A DNA stretch of 64,000 nt from Eledone cirrhosa (GCA_964016885.1 OZ024743.1:262136001-262200000); one strand, 5' to 3'; counted from the stretch's first letter, positions 48,743 to 63,652 are shown. Translations and numbers: made by a program. Notes: generated by a model not told the origin, from the sequence alone.

Positions 48743-51681
48743 TGACGAACTTAAGGATAGATTTTACGAGTTCCTAATGCACACTACTGCTCTAACAAAC
48801 GACAATGACTTCCTAATCATCGCAGGAGATTTTAACGGACACGTAGGTAAACACTGTGACGGCTTCAATAGAGTCCATGGAGGTCATGGGGTTGGCACAA
48901 GAAATGAGGAAGGATTCAGACTTCTAGAATTCTGCGACGCCAATGACATGTCGATATGTAACACAAACTTCAAAAAACCCGACAACCACCTGATCACCTA
49001 GTCAGATAGATTTTATCCTCATCAGAGGACGTGACAGATGGACGGTCGTAAACACCCTAGTGAGGAATGTACCTCCCAACATAGCTTAGTTGTCAGCGAC
49101 CTCACGGTCAGAACTAGACGAACCTGGAAACAGAGGCCAACCTGGAGAAGAAAGATCTGGAAGCTGAAAGACCCCTCAGCCAGTAACAGATTTAAAGATA
49201 TTTTACTCAACGCCTACGACAGTAAAGAAGAACAGATAGAGACATTCAATGTAGAAGAGCACTGGGAGTTCCTAAAAAATAACTTACTAGAGGCGACGGA
49301 TGAGGTCTGTGGCTGGAGTAAGACCACAAGCAGGAGGAGAGTGACTTGGTGGTTGAACAATAAGGTAGATGAGGCAGTTAAGGCCAAGAGACAGGCATGG
49401 AAAGAATGGAAGAACGGGGGAGCAGGGTATATTACATAGAGACCAAGAGGGAAGCTAGGCGACAAGTATACTTAGCTAGGAGGGAAGCAGAGGATAGAAA
49501 ATTCAAGCATGTTTTGCAACGTGACGACCAGAAACAGGAGGTGTTCAAGATTGCGAGGCAGTGTGTTAGAGAGAATTGTGATGTCATTGGAGAGAAGTGT
49601 ATCCGGAATGGTAAAGGTGAGCTTGCCCTCACAAGTGCTGAGAAAGAAAGATGCATGGAAGAGCCATTATGATAGATTACTAAATGAGGAGAATGCATGG
49701 GAAGAAGAGACCCTACCCCAAGTAGACCCTATAGAGGGGCCAGCAGCAGCGTAGTAAGTAAGGCAATCAAAGATATGAAGATGGGGAAGGCAACCGGTCC
49801 ATCGGGTATAGCTGCCGAGATGCTGAAGGCATCTGGGTCTGTAGGTCACACTATAACCACACGTATTGTTAACCAGGTAATACTAGAAGATGTCATACCA
49901 AAAGATTGGTGCAGTAGCATCATTGTCAACTGCTACAAAGGTAAAGGTGATGCACTAGATAGAGGAAACTATAGAGGTATAAAGCTGATGGACCAGGTCA
50001 TGAAAGTAACAGAAAGAGTTATAGCACAGTTGATTAGTGACCGGGTGAAAATAGATGAGATGCAATTTGGGTTTGTACCAGGAAGAGGCAGTTACAGGAA
50101 AAGTACCTAGCTAAAAGTAAGCCACTCTACCTGGCATTCGTCGATCTCGAGAAAGCCTTTGACAGAGTTCCACGTGCTGTAATCTGGTGGGCTCTTAGAA
50201 AACTAGGAGTAGATGAATGGCTTGTGAAAGCTGTACAAGCCATGTATAGGGGAGCAGTCAGCAAAGTTAGGATTAGCAATGAGTATAGCGAGGAATTTAG
50301 CGTACAGGTCGGTGTCCACCAGGGCTCTGTTCTTAGCCCTCTCCTGTTCATTATAGTTTTGCAGGCAATAACGGAAAAGTTTAAGACCGGATGTCCATGG
50401 GAACTCCTATATGTGGATGATCTCACACTTATAGCTGAATCTATGGTGGAACTAGAGAAGAAATTCCAAACATAGAAGCTGGCACTAGAAAGAAAGGGTC
50501 TCAAAGTCAACCTGACAAAGACTAAGGTTCTTGTAAGTAGACGAGAAAACAGAACCCAGATCCCCTCAGGGAGATGGCCTTGCTCAGTATGTAGCAAAGG
50601 TGTAGGTAGCAACTACATCCTCTGCCCCAAATGCAAACAATGGGTACACAAGAGATGTAGTGGGATCTCAAGAAGCTTAACTAAGAATGTAGGCTTCACA
50701 TGTAGCAGCTGCGCTGGGACAGCAAGCAGCAAACAGCCACAGGAAACAAGCACCACCAAACTTTGGGAGAGCTCTGTAGAAACAGTAGACAGCTTCTGCT
50801 ACCTTGATAACCGAATTAGCAGTGGAGGTGGGTGTTCAGTACAATAACTAGGGTAAGAACGGGATGGAAGAAGTTCAGGGAGCTATTCCCACTGCTAGCT
50901 GCAAAAGGCTTTTCCCTCAAAAGAAAGGCAGACTATATGATGCGTGTATATGAACAGCAATGTTACTTGGTAGTAAGACCTGGGCGCTCTGTGTAGAAGA
51001 CTTACGCAGATTAGAAAGAAACAAAGCTTGCATGCTCCGATGGATGTGTAATAGTAATATACGCGAACGGCAAAGTATAAACGAACTGAGAGAGATACTG
51101 AGCATAAGAGGAATCAAATGATGTGTGCAGGAGAGGAGGTTGCGTTGGTATGGACATGTGATGCGTATGAAGGATGACAGCAGCATAAAAATGAAAAAGG
51201 TGCAGAGCACTAGAAGTCGATGGAAGCCATGGAGTGGGGAGACCCAAGAAGACCTGGGGATGAGGTGATAAAAGCCGATCTTACCCAATTGCACCTCTCA
51301 ACGGCAATGACACACGACCGTGGCCTCTGGCGTCACGTAGTAATGCAGAAGACCCGATTTCCCACGGGAACAAGCCGAAGCTGAAACATATAGACAATAT
51401 GCCCCCCATCCCCTCCCACTGCAAAGTGGTCATGGAGGTGCCACGCAAAAAAGCACCCAGCCCACACTGTAAAGTGGACGTGTAGGCGCCATGGAAAAAA
51501 AGCACCCAGCACTCACTGTAAATGAGGTTGGTGTCAGGAAGGGCATCCAGCTGTAGAAATCAAGCCAGAATCAGTTCCTGTATGAGCAAGGCAAGGTCAG
51601 CCGACTGGACACTGCCCACAACAGGATAACTCGTCTAATCCATGCTAGCATAGAAGAACGGACGTAAAACGGTGATGATGA
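48743..51681 (+). mobile_element. RTE LINE subfamily 2, decayed
   Basis: Fragments [35 protein letters not shown] and WYGHV, with many frameshifts and stops. (GAT)n tail. Confidence 0.92.
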
Positions 51682-51738
51682 TATATATATATATATATAC
51701 ATACACATACATATATACATACATATATATATATAATG

Positions 51739-51769
<31 letters not shown>

Positions 51770-52092
51770 CACATACATACATATATACATACATATATAT
51801 ATATAATGATGATATATATATATATATATATATATACATACACATACATACATATATACATACATATATATATATAATTGTTTCTACTTTTGGCACAAGG
51901 CCAGCAATTATCTAGTACATTACTGGTACTTTATTTTATCGACCCCGTAAGGATGAAAGGCAAAGTCAACCTCGGCGGGATTTGAACTCAGACCGTAAAG
52001 GGACGTAACTATGCGTCAAAGCATGGCGTCCGACCCTCTACCGATACTGCCAATCCACATTATATATATATAATGATGATATATATATATAT

Positions 52093-52124
<32 letters not shown>

Positions 52125-52595
52125 GTGCTATATACTCATATTTTTTAACTTCCCTGATCCATTAATAAACCACAACTTATTAAGAAGGGAGTATTTTCGG
52201 TATAGGTGTGGGAATGTGGTTGATATAAACCATGGCTCAGGAATAAATTCCTCTCTAATATCATCATCCATCCTTCCTATTGTAAAACATACATCCGCAA
52301 CTATGTTTTAGCATTCTTCTAGCCTTGTCTGCCTCAGTATAATGTACTTCTGTATCTGTTCACTCATAAATGTTATTGCTCCAGCTTGGCCACAGACCAT
52401 GGGCTTGAACTGGTAAAAGAATAAACGAAACAGCTCTATGTCCCTTTACATTCTAAATTTAAATCCCAGTGGGGTCAACTTTGCTTTTCATCCTTCAGGG
52501 GTTGATAAAATAAAGCACCAGTCAAATACTGGCCATGGGCCTATGTTTAGAAACAATTGCGAGCAGTTTATTGGCAGTACCAGGACTGACCTGAG

Positions 52596-52727
52596 GCAGC
52601 AGCAGCAGCAGCAGCAGCAACAACGACAACAACAACAGCAGCAGCAGCAATAACAATAACAACAATAAAAACAGCAATAACAAAAATAACATCAGTAACA
52701 ACATCAGCAACAACAATAACAATAGCA
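52596..52727. repeat. (CAG)n/(CAA)n low-complexity tract
   Basis: Seen directly. Confidence 0.9.
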
Positions 52728-53072
52728 GTCAAACCCTCAGTGCACCTGTTGGCTCCACGTTGCCTCTACACACACACACACACACACACACGTTTGCATG
52801 TATATATATATATACACACACACAGTAACTATGTAAATATCTTTAAAATTGTTTGCCAGAGATAAAATCAAACTTGCAGTGGTTATGGATATGCGTATGT
52901 ATGTATGTGCTGTTGTGTATATATGTTTATGTATGTTCGCTGTTATGGTAGTAAACAAATTCAGGTTGTATGAGTGTGTGTGTGTGTGCATGTGGTTTTA
53001 TGTATGTGTGTATCTGCATGTGGTAAATGGATGTGTAAATATATGCCTGTGTACATGTATGTCTGTGTAAGT

Positions 53073-53592
53073 CAGAGGTTCTCAGACATTTTGGGCCACC
53101 GCACCCGTCACAGCCACATAATACCTTCAACACACCCACTCCTATTTCCAGAGAGACCTGCCTACATGCAAATTGTAAATAATATATAATAAATAAAATC
53201 ATTAATTTAGAGGGTCGGACGCCATGCTTTGACGCATAGAGTTACGGCCCTTGCCATTCTGAGTTCAAATCCCGCCGAGGTTAACTTTGCCTTTCATCCT
53301 TACGGGGTCGATAAAATAAAGTACCAGTAATACACTGGGATAATTGCTGGCCTTGTGCCTAAAGTAGAAACAATTTATATATAATAAATAATATAATATA
53401 TACTATGTATAAATAAATATTATTTTTTATTTCACTATATTTATATATATGTATCATTTGATATTTGATATACTATTATATCATCTCTACCCCCCCCCCC
53501 CCCCCCCTTGCCATCCCCCTTAGGGTCCAATACCCCTCAGGACCTTTTCAACGCCCCCCGGGGGCGGCAGCGCCCACTTCGAGAACCTTTTG
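53073..53592. mobile_element. hAT-type MITE with nested SINE S1 (53207-53375)
   Basis: Ends CAGAGGTTCTC / GAGAACCTTTTG. Degenerate 8-bp TSD GTGTAAGT/GTGTTAAT. Confidence 0.65.
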
Positions 53593-55599
53593 GTGTTAAT
53601 AAATGAAAAAGCATTTGTTGTTGTTTAACACCAGGTCAGCATAGATTGAGCAGGCCTACGATCATTCAGCCATGAAATTTCCATCCTTCGACTATGTATA
53701 GAGAATCCAGGAGAATATTATCCAATGTGTCCCTAATTTTATGATGGTAGGGAGGGATTTGAGGCAGATTTGACTGTTATATCTAACAGGTTGAGCGACC
53801 ATATAAAAACTCCCATGTTGACTCTGAATGCATATGTGTGTACTTAGGTTGTATATAAATGTGGAGTGTAAGTGTGTATTATGTAATGCATGTGTATATT
53901 GTATATGAGTGTATTATGTAGTATATGTGTTTGTATGTATGTGTCAACATGATTATATAAGTGTGAATTGTGCAGTGTGCATGTATGTGCGTTTGTGTCT
54001 GTGCACATGGTATGAAAATATACGGGTGTGCTGTTTATCAATGTGTTTATGTGTGTGAAAATGTATGGGCGTGTTCACAAATAAGTGTGGGTGTAGTGAA
54101 GTGTATGGGTGTGTTGTTTATCAATGTGTGTGAGTATACTTGTGTGTGTATCAATGTTGAGTATATTTGTAGATGTATATGTGTGCAATGCATATCAATG
54201 TGCGAGTGTGTGAGTTTGTGTGGGTGTGGAGCTGTATGAGTGTATGTATGTGAGTGTGTGTCTGTATGGAGCTGTATGGGTGTATTTATGTATGTGTGAA
54301 TGTGTGTATGGTTGTATGTATGTGTATGTGTGTGTGTAGTTGTTGGTAGTTAGGTAGAGAATTACCAAACAATATGTTGGTAGTTAGTGTTGTATCATTG
54401 CTTCCTCAACAGTGAACCACTGCATACCACAATGTACCACCATGACCTTTCACTGGTTTGGGTGCATGAGCCTCTATGTAGTCACCTAACTGTTAGGAAT
54501 AGCAGCCACATTCACAAAAATCATACTCTACTCACTTAAGAAAGGAATGATGGTCGCAGGTGAAATACCTTTGGTCATATGTCTGCTTAATCAGAATCAG
54601 TGCTGACCCAGAGCTGAACAACAACAAAAACTATTCTAACTATTAACCTCCACCATCGAGACATTTTTGTAAATGTAATCTGTAAGGGTATGGAGTTAAT
54701 GGCGTTGTCAGCTCCCATTCAAATTTGAAGTTAATGGTTTCCTCTTCACTCTTTTCTTCTATATTTTATCTACCCACTTGTACCTTTTGAGGTGTCACAG
54801 GAAGAAAGATCTATATCATTTAGTAAATGGTTGGAAGGCCTGTGTCATGGTTTGATCTCATATGATGTCAAGGTTGTAGTGAGTGAAGAACTATATGTTC
54901 TTAATTGAGTTGTTGGTATTAGTGATGTGAATTAATCCATTATTTATTGTGGTTGCCAAAAGTAGAAACAATTATTTATTGTGGTTTGGCAGGAATTTTG
55001 CAGTAGTAAAGTTTTGCTTGATGGGTGAATGTATAAGGTTGGTCTGCCCTATATAAACCGCTGTTTGTAAATGAACAATAAACAAAAATCGCTACTTTAA
55101 TAATTTTATTACTTAATAACTTGCAGTAGATTGGTAGTTTTGGTAGTTTTGGACAGCATGCTTTGCAGCATAGAGTTACTGCCCTTTACTTACTGAGTTC
55201 AAATCCCGTCAAGGTTAGCTATGCCTTTCATCCTTACAGGGTCGATAAAATAAAGTACCAGTAATGCACTGGGGTTGATTTAGTCGACTTTCCCCTCCCC
55301 AAAAATTGTTGGCCTTGTGCTTAAATCATAGGAAAATAAAGATATTCACAGTTGAATTGGGTGATGTGTCTGAGTGTGTAGATAGTCCGAAACGATGCAT
55401 GGGACTAAACTTTGTTAAAGTTGAATGGGAGTATAGTTGCTTCGGCCTGCTGGCTGAGAGAGCCGAAGTGAGTGTCTGATACACAACTACATTGCTCTGT
55501 TTTTGCTGGAACAAAGTGATCTGTTGTGTCTACCTCAACAGTTGAGGGCAGAATGAATTTATGAAGCTAGTTATCTCTTGACAAACTGAAGATGACCAC

Positions 55600-55763
55600 C
55601 AGGCATGGGTAACCTTTTTTGAGCAGTGGGCCACATAGAATGTAGCTCTTCATAAGGCGGGCTGCACTAATAAAAAATTTTAAGCAATTTTTAGATTAAG
55701 AATGCCATTCAGAAAGCCAAATGGGCTGCATGCGGCTTGCAGGCTGCAGTTTGCTCATGACTG
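55600..55763. mobile_element. hAT-type MITE
   Basis: CAGGCATGGGTAA ... TTGCTCATGACTG termini. Confidence 0.55.
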
Positions 55764-56893
55764 TTCAAAAAGAATTATTTTTCTAATCAGTACCTTTGTC
55801 TAATGCAGTGCTAAAAGGTAAAAAGAACTAATTTTAGTAAATCTTACATAATTTAAGACCCTTCCATTTAAAAAGATGTAATTTTATGCAAAATCTTAGC
55901 TACCTGGGTACTAAACTATGACCTACAACTTGGAACATCCATATATCCATACATTCATTCATTTTTATATATTGTGATATTACTGAAGTGAACAGCTCTA
56001 TCTGTCAACCTCTCAGCCCCAAAATTATGGGCTGAGAGGTTGACAGTCATCTTAATAGGGTTAAAATCAACTATTGCTTTATTGAAATAAATTCTTTCAA
56101 GTGATTTTCTCTGTTTCTTTAGAAATATGTATGTCTCCCACCCTACCTCCATATCCCTTTCTCATTTTACTTCTCTACAATCAAACCACATACATCTGTT
56201 GTATACACACTCACACACACAAGCTTCATTGAACCATACATTCACATTCATTTATACATGCTCATCATATCCATATTCCGATATATATATACACATACAC
56301 ACATCTATGTTCATTCTCCATCTTATTTCTTTTATCCGCACACACACACACACGCAGATACACACTAATGAATCTTCCTTACATTTGCTATTAATAAATC
56401 TATAATAGATATTTGCAGTTGATCAGAAATCAATATAGACCCGCACCACCTCCTCCTCCTACACATTCTCTTCCTCTGCCTCTTGTTATTTTTTTATTCA
56501 TTGTTTCTTCATCTCTCTCTTCGTGCCTATTCTCCTTATTCTTTAATATACTCTTTTATTTCTCTTCATTAACTTTTACTTCTATTTTCTTTCTTCTTCT
56601 TTTATTAAATTCTCTCTGTCTTTATCTCCTTCCTCTTCACTCTTTCATTTTTTAAAATCTTTTCCCTGAAGCTCTTTGTCTCTTTTACTTGTGTGTATCA
56701 TCATCGTCATTTAATGTCTGTTTTCCCTACTAGCAAGGGTTAGATGGGTTTTCATACACACATGCGTGTGCACGCACACACACTCACACATATATATATG
56801 TATATATAAATATGCATACCCCCCACTCTCCTGAGCGTGAATCTAATAAACATTTGTCGTACTGCCTCTCTGTTCTGTCCCTGTTCAATTTTT

Positions 56894-56931
<38 letters not shown>

Positions 56932-57157
56932 GTATGTATTTATAGTTATTTTATAATGATATTACACAACATTTGGTCAGATAATCATTAGTTTCTCATG
57001 TTGTGCATGAACTAATTGGTGTTAAAATCATGCCATAGCTGAAAACATAATTCAACAAACCCTTGTTTTCAATATGGTTGTAGGAGTCATTGTAAGAGTG
57101 GTAAGCTCGTCTTTCATATTGACGAGTTGTGTACATTTGATAATTAGAAAAGGTGTG

Positions 57158-57389
57158 TAACCCTTTAGCATTTAAACCGGCTGTATCTGACCAGAATTCT
57201 CTCACCTCTTTCATCAGTATGAGCAGCTATAACTGGCTGCTCATACTGATGTTAAGGTATTGTTCTCAAAATAAATAAAATCAAAATCTCATAGATTCGA
57301 CATTATGTGAGATAATTATGTAAAATAAAGTGTTTACCATGAAAATATAATTGTAAATATAAAGTAATGTAAATGCTAGACGGTTTAAT
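57158..57389. mobile_element. TTAA-type MITE with a 16-bp internal hairpin
   Basis: TAACCCTTTAGCATTTA / TAAATGCTAGACGGTTTA termini. Hairpin at 57212-57251. Confidence 0.65.
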
Positions 57390-57479
57390 ATGTGTATATT
57401 AGAGATATTTTAGAAGTTCAGAACGAGGGAGTTGCCAATCACATTGAGTCAGATATTGTTGAGGAAGATGGTTTGGAGG

Positions 57480-58950
57480 ATGAGTCTTTCAGCTTTCAAG
57501 ATTGTATTGCTTGAAATAAGGGCAAGTTTTGAATATTACAATTTTAGAATTGAGACAGACATTACGGTTTTTCACTCCTTGGATGGTTAAGATGTTTTTT
57601 AGTGGTGCAATGTCTGTATCTTCTGGATCCATTATTATAGGCCTTAGGTTTCTCAAGCTCCCTTCATTTGATATAATACTCTTTCCTATCTTTCAAGGCC
57701 TAAATGTGATTTAGCCATGAAAGTTGTTTAAACTCCATGTTTCAAGAATGAGATGCGAGTGTAATATCTATGCTTAAAGTTACCTTTAACTGAACTAATA
57801 TAGTATTTTCTGTCTATTATTTGGTTTGGTGTGGTTGAGATGACTTTGACCTTATTTAAGACTGACTTGATATTACATTTCTGGTTTAATAGGCATTTAT
57901 TCTTTCTGCATGAACATCTTGGATTTAGGTGTTATAAAGGATTTCATATTAAGAACAAAGGAGTAGCTGATCTTAATAGACTGTCTACTATACTGATGTG
58001 ATGGAAAATGTTTATCTAACTGAGCCAGGAATTTCTTGATATTTACTGAAGCATGGGGCAGACGACTTTCCTGGGTCTATTATTTGACCTTTTTTGGTGG
58101 AGAGGGTGTAATAAATCTTGATTTTGAAACTGCTGTCTAGTAGGGCCCTATTGTAGTTGAGACCACCTTATCTAATATAATTTTTTGGAGGATAGATTAG
58201 AGATTCTATGACTAGTATTAGAGATAAAGTTCTTAAAGGCTTGTAGAAGGGCTTATATGTACTAGTTGTTAAGTCAAGTATTACAGCTAGAAAAATCACC
58301 TTGGTTAAGTTGTTATCTTAATTATGAACATCCTATACCACATGAACCACATTAGCAAAACATTGTTGAAAAATACAAAACAACATTATGATTGCGTCAC
58401 ACAAAAAATGAATGCATACTGAAAACTAATACTGAAAATTTCCCCAATGATCTGCCCACCAGTAAAGATACAAACATTTGAAATGACAGACTGATATTTT
58501 TAGATTGTTTTTAGATTTGCTAAATTATTACAAGATGTTAAAAGTTTAGGCTTATATTATAAAAGGTAAATATTAGTTGTTTACTGAAGGCGTCTAATGT
58601 GTGACTATCACAATGCTAGAGAAAAGGCAAGACTGTCATCACTGTTTAGACCAATATTGTGATTAAGAAATCTATAACTTAGGAGGTCCAGGACATACGA
58701 ACTGATCTGGTCACACACCAATACTGTTATCTGACCTCTATCGAGATATGAAATAGTTATTCTGGTTCAACATTTTTCATCCAAGGGTCTTGTGTGTATA
58801 CATAGTAAGGTCTGTCTGAGAGTCATTAATGGTGATGAATCTGTTGAATTTAAAGCCTTAACTAATAGTTGTCTTAGGGTTAGGGTTAAAAGTCTGAAAT
58901 ATGAAACTAGGTGAACTGAGATTTAGGTTTACAGATTAAAAAGGGAAGGA
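57480..58950 (-). pseudogene. Highly decayed Neptune-like Penelope element (RT plus GIY-YIG)
   Basis: Hand translation across frameshifts gives, in order: LLVKALN, PWMK, GLNSDDSLA (YRDDG-like), VIFLAVILDLTTSTYKPFYKP, KKFLAQLDKHFP, SIKISYS, KAYNNGSRR, LNSK..IFKTCP. Confidence 0.7.
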
Positions 58951-60682
58951 AATATTTAACAATGTAGTACTAGATATACAAATAAATAGGATGGTCACGT
59001 TTGGAATGTTTTTTATCATACGTATGCTCAATCAACTTTACCTGGGGTTAAACGACAAGTAAAACTGCTGGTGTTATACTTCCTTCTTCCACCACCACTA
59101 GTATAATTATTACTACTGCCACCGTCGCCACCGCTATTATAATTACTATTGCTACCACCGCCACCACCACCATTAGTATAATTAAGAATACCGCCAACGC
59201 CAGTATAATTACTATTACCGCCACCACCAGTATAATTACTGCCACTATTACAACCACCATCTCAATCATCGATCTCTACAATCACTTCCACGCCTACAAC
59301 AATAGAGCAATGTTTCTCAAACATGTTTTATTGTAGAACATTTATGCAATTTTTCCAAAATTCGCGGAACTCATATCTATATTTTACGGACAATTCTCTA
59401 TCACTCTAATTCCTTCTCTTTTTAACCGATAACACCTGTTGGAGTTGTAGGGGCACCATAGTGTCATAAAGTGTTTCTTGAGTGCTTTTAAAACCTGGCA
59501 GAGCCCATCACCTCTCCAGGTTGGAACACAACAAATTTCTTCTTGAGAATGATAGAGAGAAGAAGTGAGAAATAGATATAAAGGAAGATATGACCCCAGT
59601 ACTGGACTGGTACGTTTTTTTATCGATGCCAAAGGTAAAGTTGACCTAGTCGAGATTTGAACTCTGAGTGTAGAGAACCGGAAAAAATACTACAAAACAT
59701 TCTATCCGGCATTCAAGTGACTGCCAATTCGCTACCATACCACTCTAATTAACAAAACATTAAATGAAACAAAAATAGGTTTAGACACAGAATGTATTTT
59801 TTTAAAATATTTTCTTATTTTACATTCCATTCTTTCTTCTCAATCTAATTTTTTTCCTTTTTCTATTAGAATGTATCCACTAAAATCAAAACAAAAACAA
59901 CAAAAAAAAAAACAACACAAACAAAAATAAAACATATATCTAAAGATCTTATCGCGTGGAACTAATTTTTTGTTGATGTTTTTGTTTAGTTAGTAAAGGA
60001 ATGGTAGTTCCCTATAGTCTTTTCTATATCTCAGAGATTGGTGGGAGAGAAGAGATGAAGGTATCCTTAAACAGGAGACCTGATTCCGATAGAGACACCC
60101 AAAGACTAGGTGGTGGTGTAAAACCGGACAACAAATGAAATCTACCATCCAAGTAGGTCGCAGTGAGATTTGAACTCAGAACTCAAAGAGTCGAAACAAA
60201 AACGGCAAAGCATTTCGTCCGAGTCTTAACATTTCTGCAAATCTACTACCTAGGTGTTAGTATTTTATTTTATCAATGAAAGTCAAAGTTGGCCTTGGTG
60301 GGATTTAAACTTCGAAGCCACTTTCGTAATAACACCATAATAAAAGTACATAGTATGTACCATCACTGTCACCAGCACTATCATCTCGACTCTCACCGTC
60401 ACCACATCTGTACTAAATAAATAAAACTGGCACTCAGTCGGTTACGAAGACGGGTTTTGAAGGAGAGAAAAAAGAACAAGTTAAATAGATACTTCAAACT
60501 CTAAATAAAAACAATAACAAAACTCGGAGCCACTCCGTCGACGCTCGGTCTGTTAGAAGTAGCTGTCAAATCACCTTCAAATTACACCCTTCTGTTTTAA
60601 CAAAGGGAAGAACAAGAGATGGTGTAATCTTGGATACGAGATGGTCATGATTGAAATATCTTCGATCTGTTGAATTAGAGCT

Positions 60683-60940
60683 GGCGGCGCGTGGCCTAGT
60701 GATTAGGGTGTTGGACTTACGATCGTAATGTCGTGGGTTGGATTCCTAGATCGAATTGTTGTATGATGTGTTTTTGAGCAAAACACATCATTTCACGTTG
60801 CTCCAATACACTCAGCTGAAAATGAGTACCAGCAGTAGGTAGCGGGTTAACATTGCGATGGACCGCCGCTCTGTCCATGGGGGAGTCGTTTAACGCCAAG
60901 GAGACCACGATAAGCACCGTCCTGGTGATACCAACTTTAG
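60683..60940 (+). mobile_element. SINE S2-like with tail type d (V-domain-like)
   Basis: GGCGCGTGGCCTAGTGATTAGG head, TTGAGCAAAACAC core, then TGCGATGGAC...CTGTCCATGGG. Confidence 0.7.
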
Positions 60941-62271
60941 ACTTTTGGGGTTAAACAAAAACAGTAAATTGTGGTCTTGTTATTTCTCAAAAGTGTATGG
61001 AAGTGTCCCACTACAACTACCACCATCATTATCACCACTTTGCGGACATTAACAATCACGACCACAACAAATAAAGTGAGTTTGTTATTTCGCAACAATG
61101 TATTGAAGTGTTCCACCATCGCCACCATCATCACTAACATCACCAAAACAACAATAAACAATCACGACCACAACAACAATAAAGTTAGTTTCTGTTATTT
61201 CGCAACAATGCATTGAAGTATTCCACCTCCACCACCATCATCACCACCACCATCATCATCCTCACCACCATCATCATCATCCTCATCATCACCACTCTGC
61301 GGACAACTACAATATCAACAGATCTCCACGAAGAGAAGTAATTTTCATACTCTCATTGTCAATAACTTTTTTCACTCTTACTCTCTTTGTATCTTTTTTT
61401 TCTCTCCTATTTTATATCAACCATCCCTCTTCCTAGCCCCTCTCCTTCACACTCTCTCTTTATATACTTTTTCTGTCACTCTCCACATTCAACTTCCTCA
61501 CATCTCTCTCTCTCTACTTTACTTTTGTCACTCTCCGCCTTCCACTTTTTCATATCACCCTCTCTCTATCTTTTTCTTTCTCTCCGCCTTCCACTCTTTC
61601 ATGTCACTTCTCCTTCCATTTCTCTTCACCCTCTCTCTTTATCTATTAAGCTCCACCCCACTCTCTCAGTCAACCAGTTATGTATATTACCGTCTGCCTC
61701 CATTCTAAACACTTCTCTCTCCCATAAGACACCGGTTGTCGTCTGCAGCCGCATGTTTTGGATATGTTCACACTTTCTCGTAAGTATATATACACACTAT
61801 ATACAACTCTATATGTTCAAACTTTCTCATAAATATATACACATTATATACAACTCTATATTCACACCTTATACAAATGTCAACACACACGCTCGATACA
61901 CCCATATATATACACAAGCACTAGCATAAATGTTTGTGGATGGACATGTGCATACACACTCACACAATCACATATACACGAATCTATACGCAGTCGTATG
62001 TAATAGTGAATCTCAACTCAATGAATAACTTTCTGAATACACACACATATGTACCACACAAATATCTATTTGTATAAAGCCGAATGTAAAAGTAAATCAC
62101 AACTATTGATAAGCTTATAGATCTCTCTCTCTCTCTTACTCTCTCTGTTTGTATATATATATATGTATGTATGTATATGTATATATGTATATATATATAT
62201 ATCTGTATGTATATATATATATATATATATGTATATGTATGTATATATATATATGTATGTATGTATGTATG

Positions 62272-62770
62272 TGACTTTGGACATCCTGCAGGACTAAAAA
62301 CAAAACCTTACAAAGGGCAAAGGAGCTCTTAAGAGTCAATGGCCATCCAAAATCACCGGGAGAGATGACCCCTTAGCCTTTGTCAAGGCAGAATTCTAGG
62401 AGAAGGAAAACTCTGATATAACACCTGCAACCCTGATGGTATCCAATGATGTTGACTTGTTCTTCTTTTTGGTAAATATCATCTTGGTTAAGAGAGAGGG
62501 ACTGGCTTTGTGCAGTGCCTTTGCTCACTATAAAAGCTTCACGGCACAGGCATTGCTTTATATCTGGAGATCTCTCTGCACTTGTCGTCATATGGTACCA
62601 TGGGCCCAGCACTATGTGTCAATAATTGTCACAAGTGTAATGTTTGTAGCAGAGTTTTCAAGTCGCTGGCTGGACTAAAAGTCACACTCGTTCAGCGCAT
62701 TGGTAGGAGTTCTCCTACATGGATATAAAGTAGTGGCCGTACTCGAAAACGAGTTGGCAGCCACCATGTA
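62272..62770 (+). mobile_element. Non-autonomous RTE-derived element, 5'-truncated
   Basis: Reverse complement of 20070-20571, embedded in (TATG)n. Confidence 0.85.
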
Positions 62771-62911
62771 TGTATGTATATGTATGTATGTATGTATATA
62801 TATATGTATGTATGTATATTGTATGTATATATATGTATGTATGTATGTGTATGTATGTATGTATATATATGTATGTGTATATGTATATATATGTTTGTGT
62901 GTATATATATG

Positions 62912-63130
62912 TGAAGGCGTGTGGCTGAGTGGTTAGAGAATTGGATTCGCAATCATAAGGTTGTGAGTTCGATTCCTGAACCAGGCGATGCGTTATGTCC
63001 TTGGGCAAGACACTTTATTTCACGTTGCTCCTTCTACCTGGAGTTGCGACCGATAGATAGTATTAGCAATTGGAAAGACCAACGGAAACATTGTTCCCTC
63101 GGTCCGATTTGACGAAAGTCGATCGACTCC
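62912..63130 (+). mobile_element. SINE family S2 with tail type b
   Basis: Matches 19470-19695. Confidence 0.85.
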
Positions 63131-63308
63131 TTTATATATATGTATGTATGTATATATATATGTATGTATGTGTGTATGTGTATATGTGTATGTATATATA
63201 TGTGTGTATATATATATATATATGTGTATGTGTGTATGTATATATATGTATGTGTGTATGTATATGTATGTGTGTATATATATGTGTGTATGTATATAGA
63301 TGTATGTG

Positions 63309-63339
<31 letters not shown>

Positions 63340-63602
63340 ATGTATAACAAAGGAGTTGTGGTAAGGAACCAGATGGACCATAACGCACCAGAGTACTCAA
63401 TACTTAGGGTAGTAGAGTGGGAAATAAGAAAAAAGTATGACCCCGACGGAAGAGCTCAGGCCGATTCGACGGCTATTTCTATGTGTATGTATGTATGTAT
63501 GTATGTATGGATAGATATGTATGGATAGATATGTATGTATGTATATGTATATATATATAAATGAAAGGTATAGAAAATATTGTAGCATAAAGCCAACAGT
63601 AT

Positions 63603-63636
<34 letters not shown>

Positions 63637-63652
63637 TGTATGTATGTATGTA

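Noticed and set aside
52438-52653. PolyQ ORF
   Set aside because: A SINE remnant running into a CAG/CAA repeat.
58874-58888. TTAGGG telomere-like repeat
   Set aside because: Only two units, lying within the decayed Penelope RT sequence.
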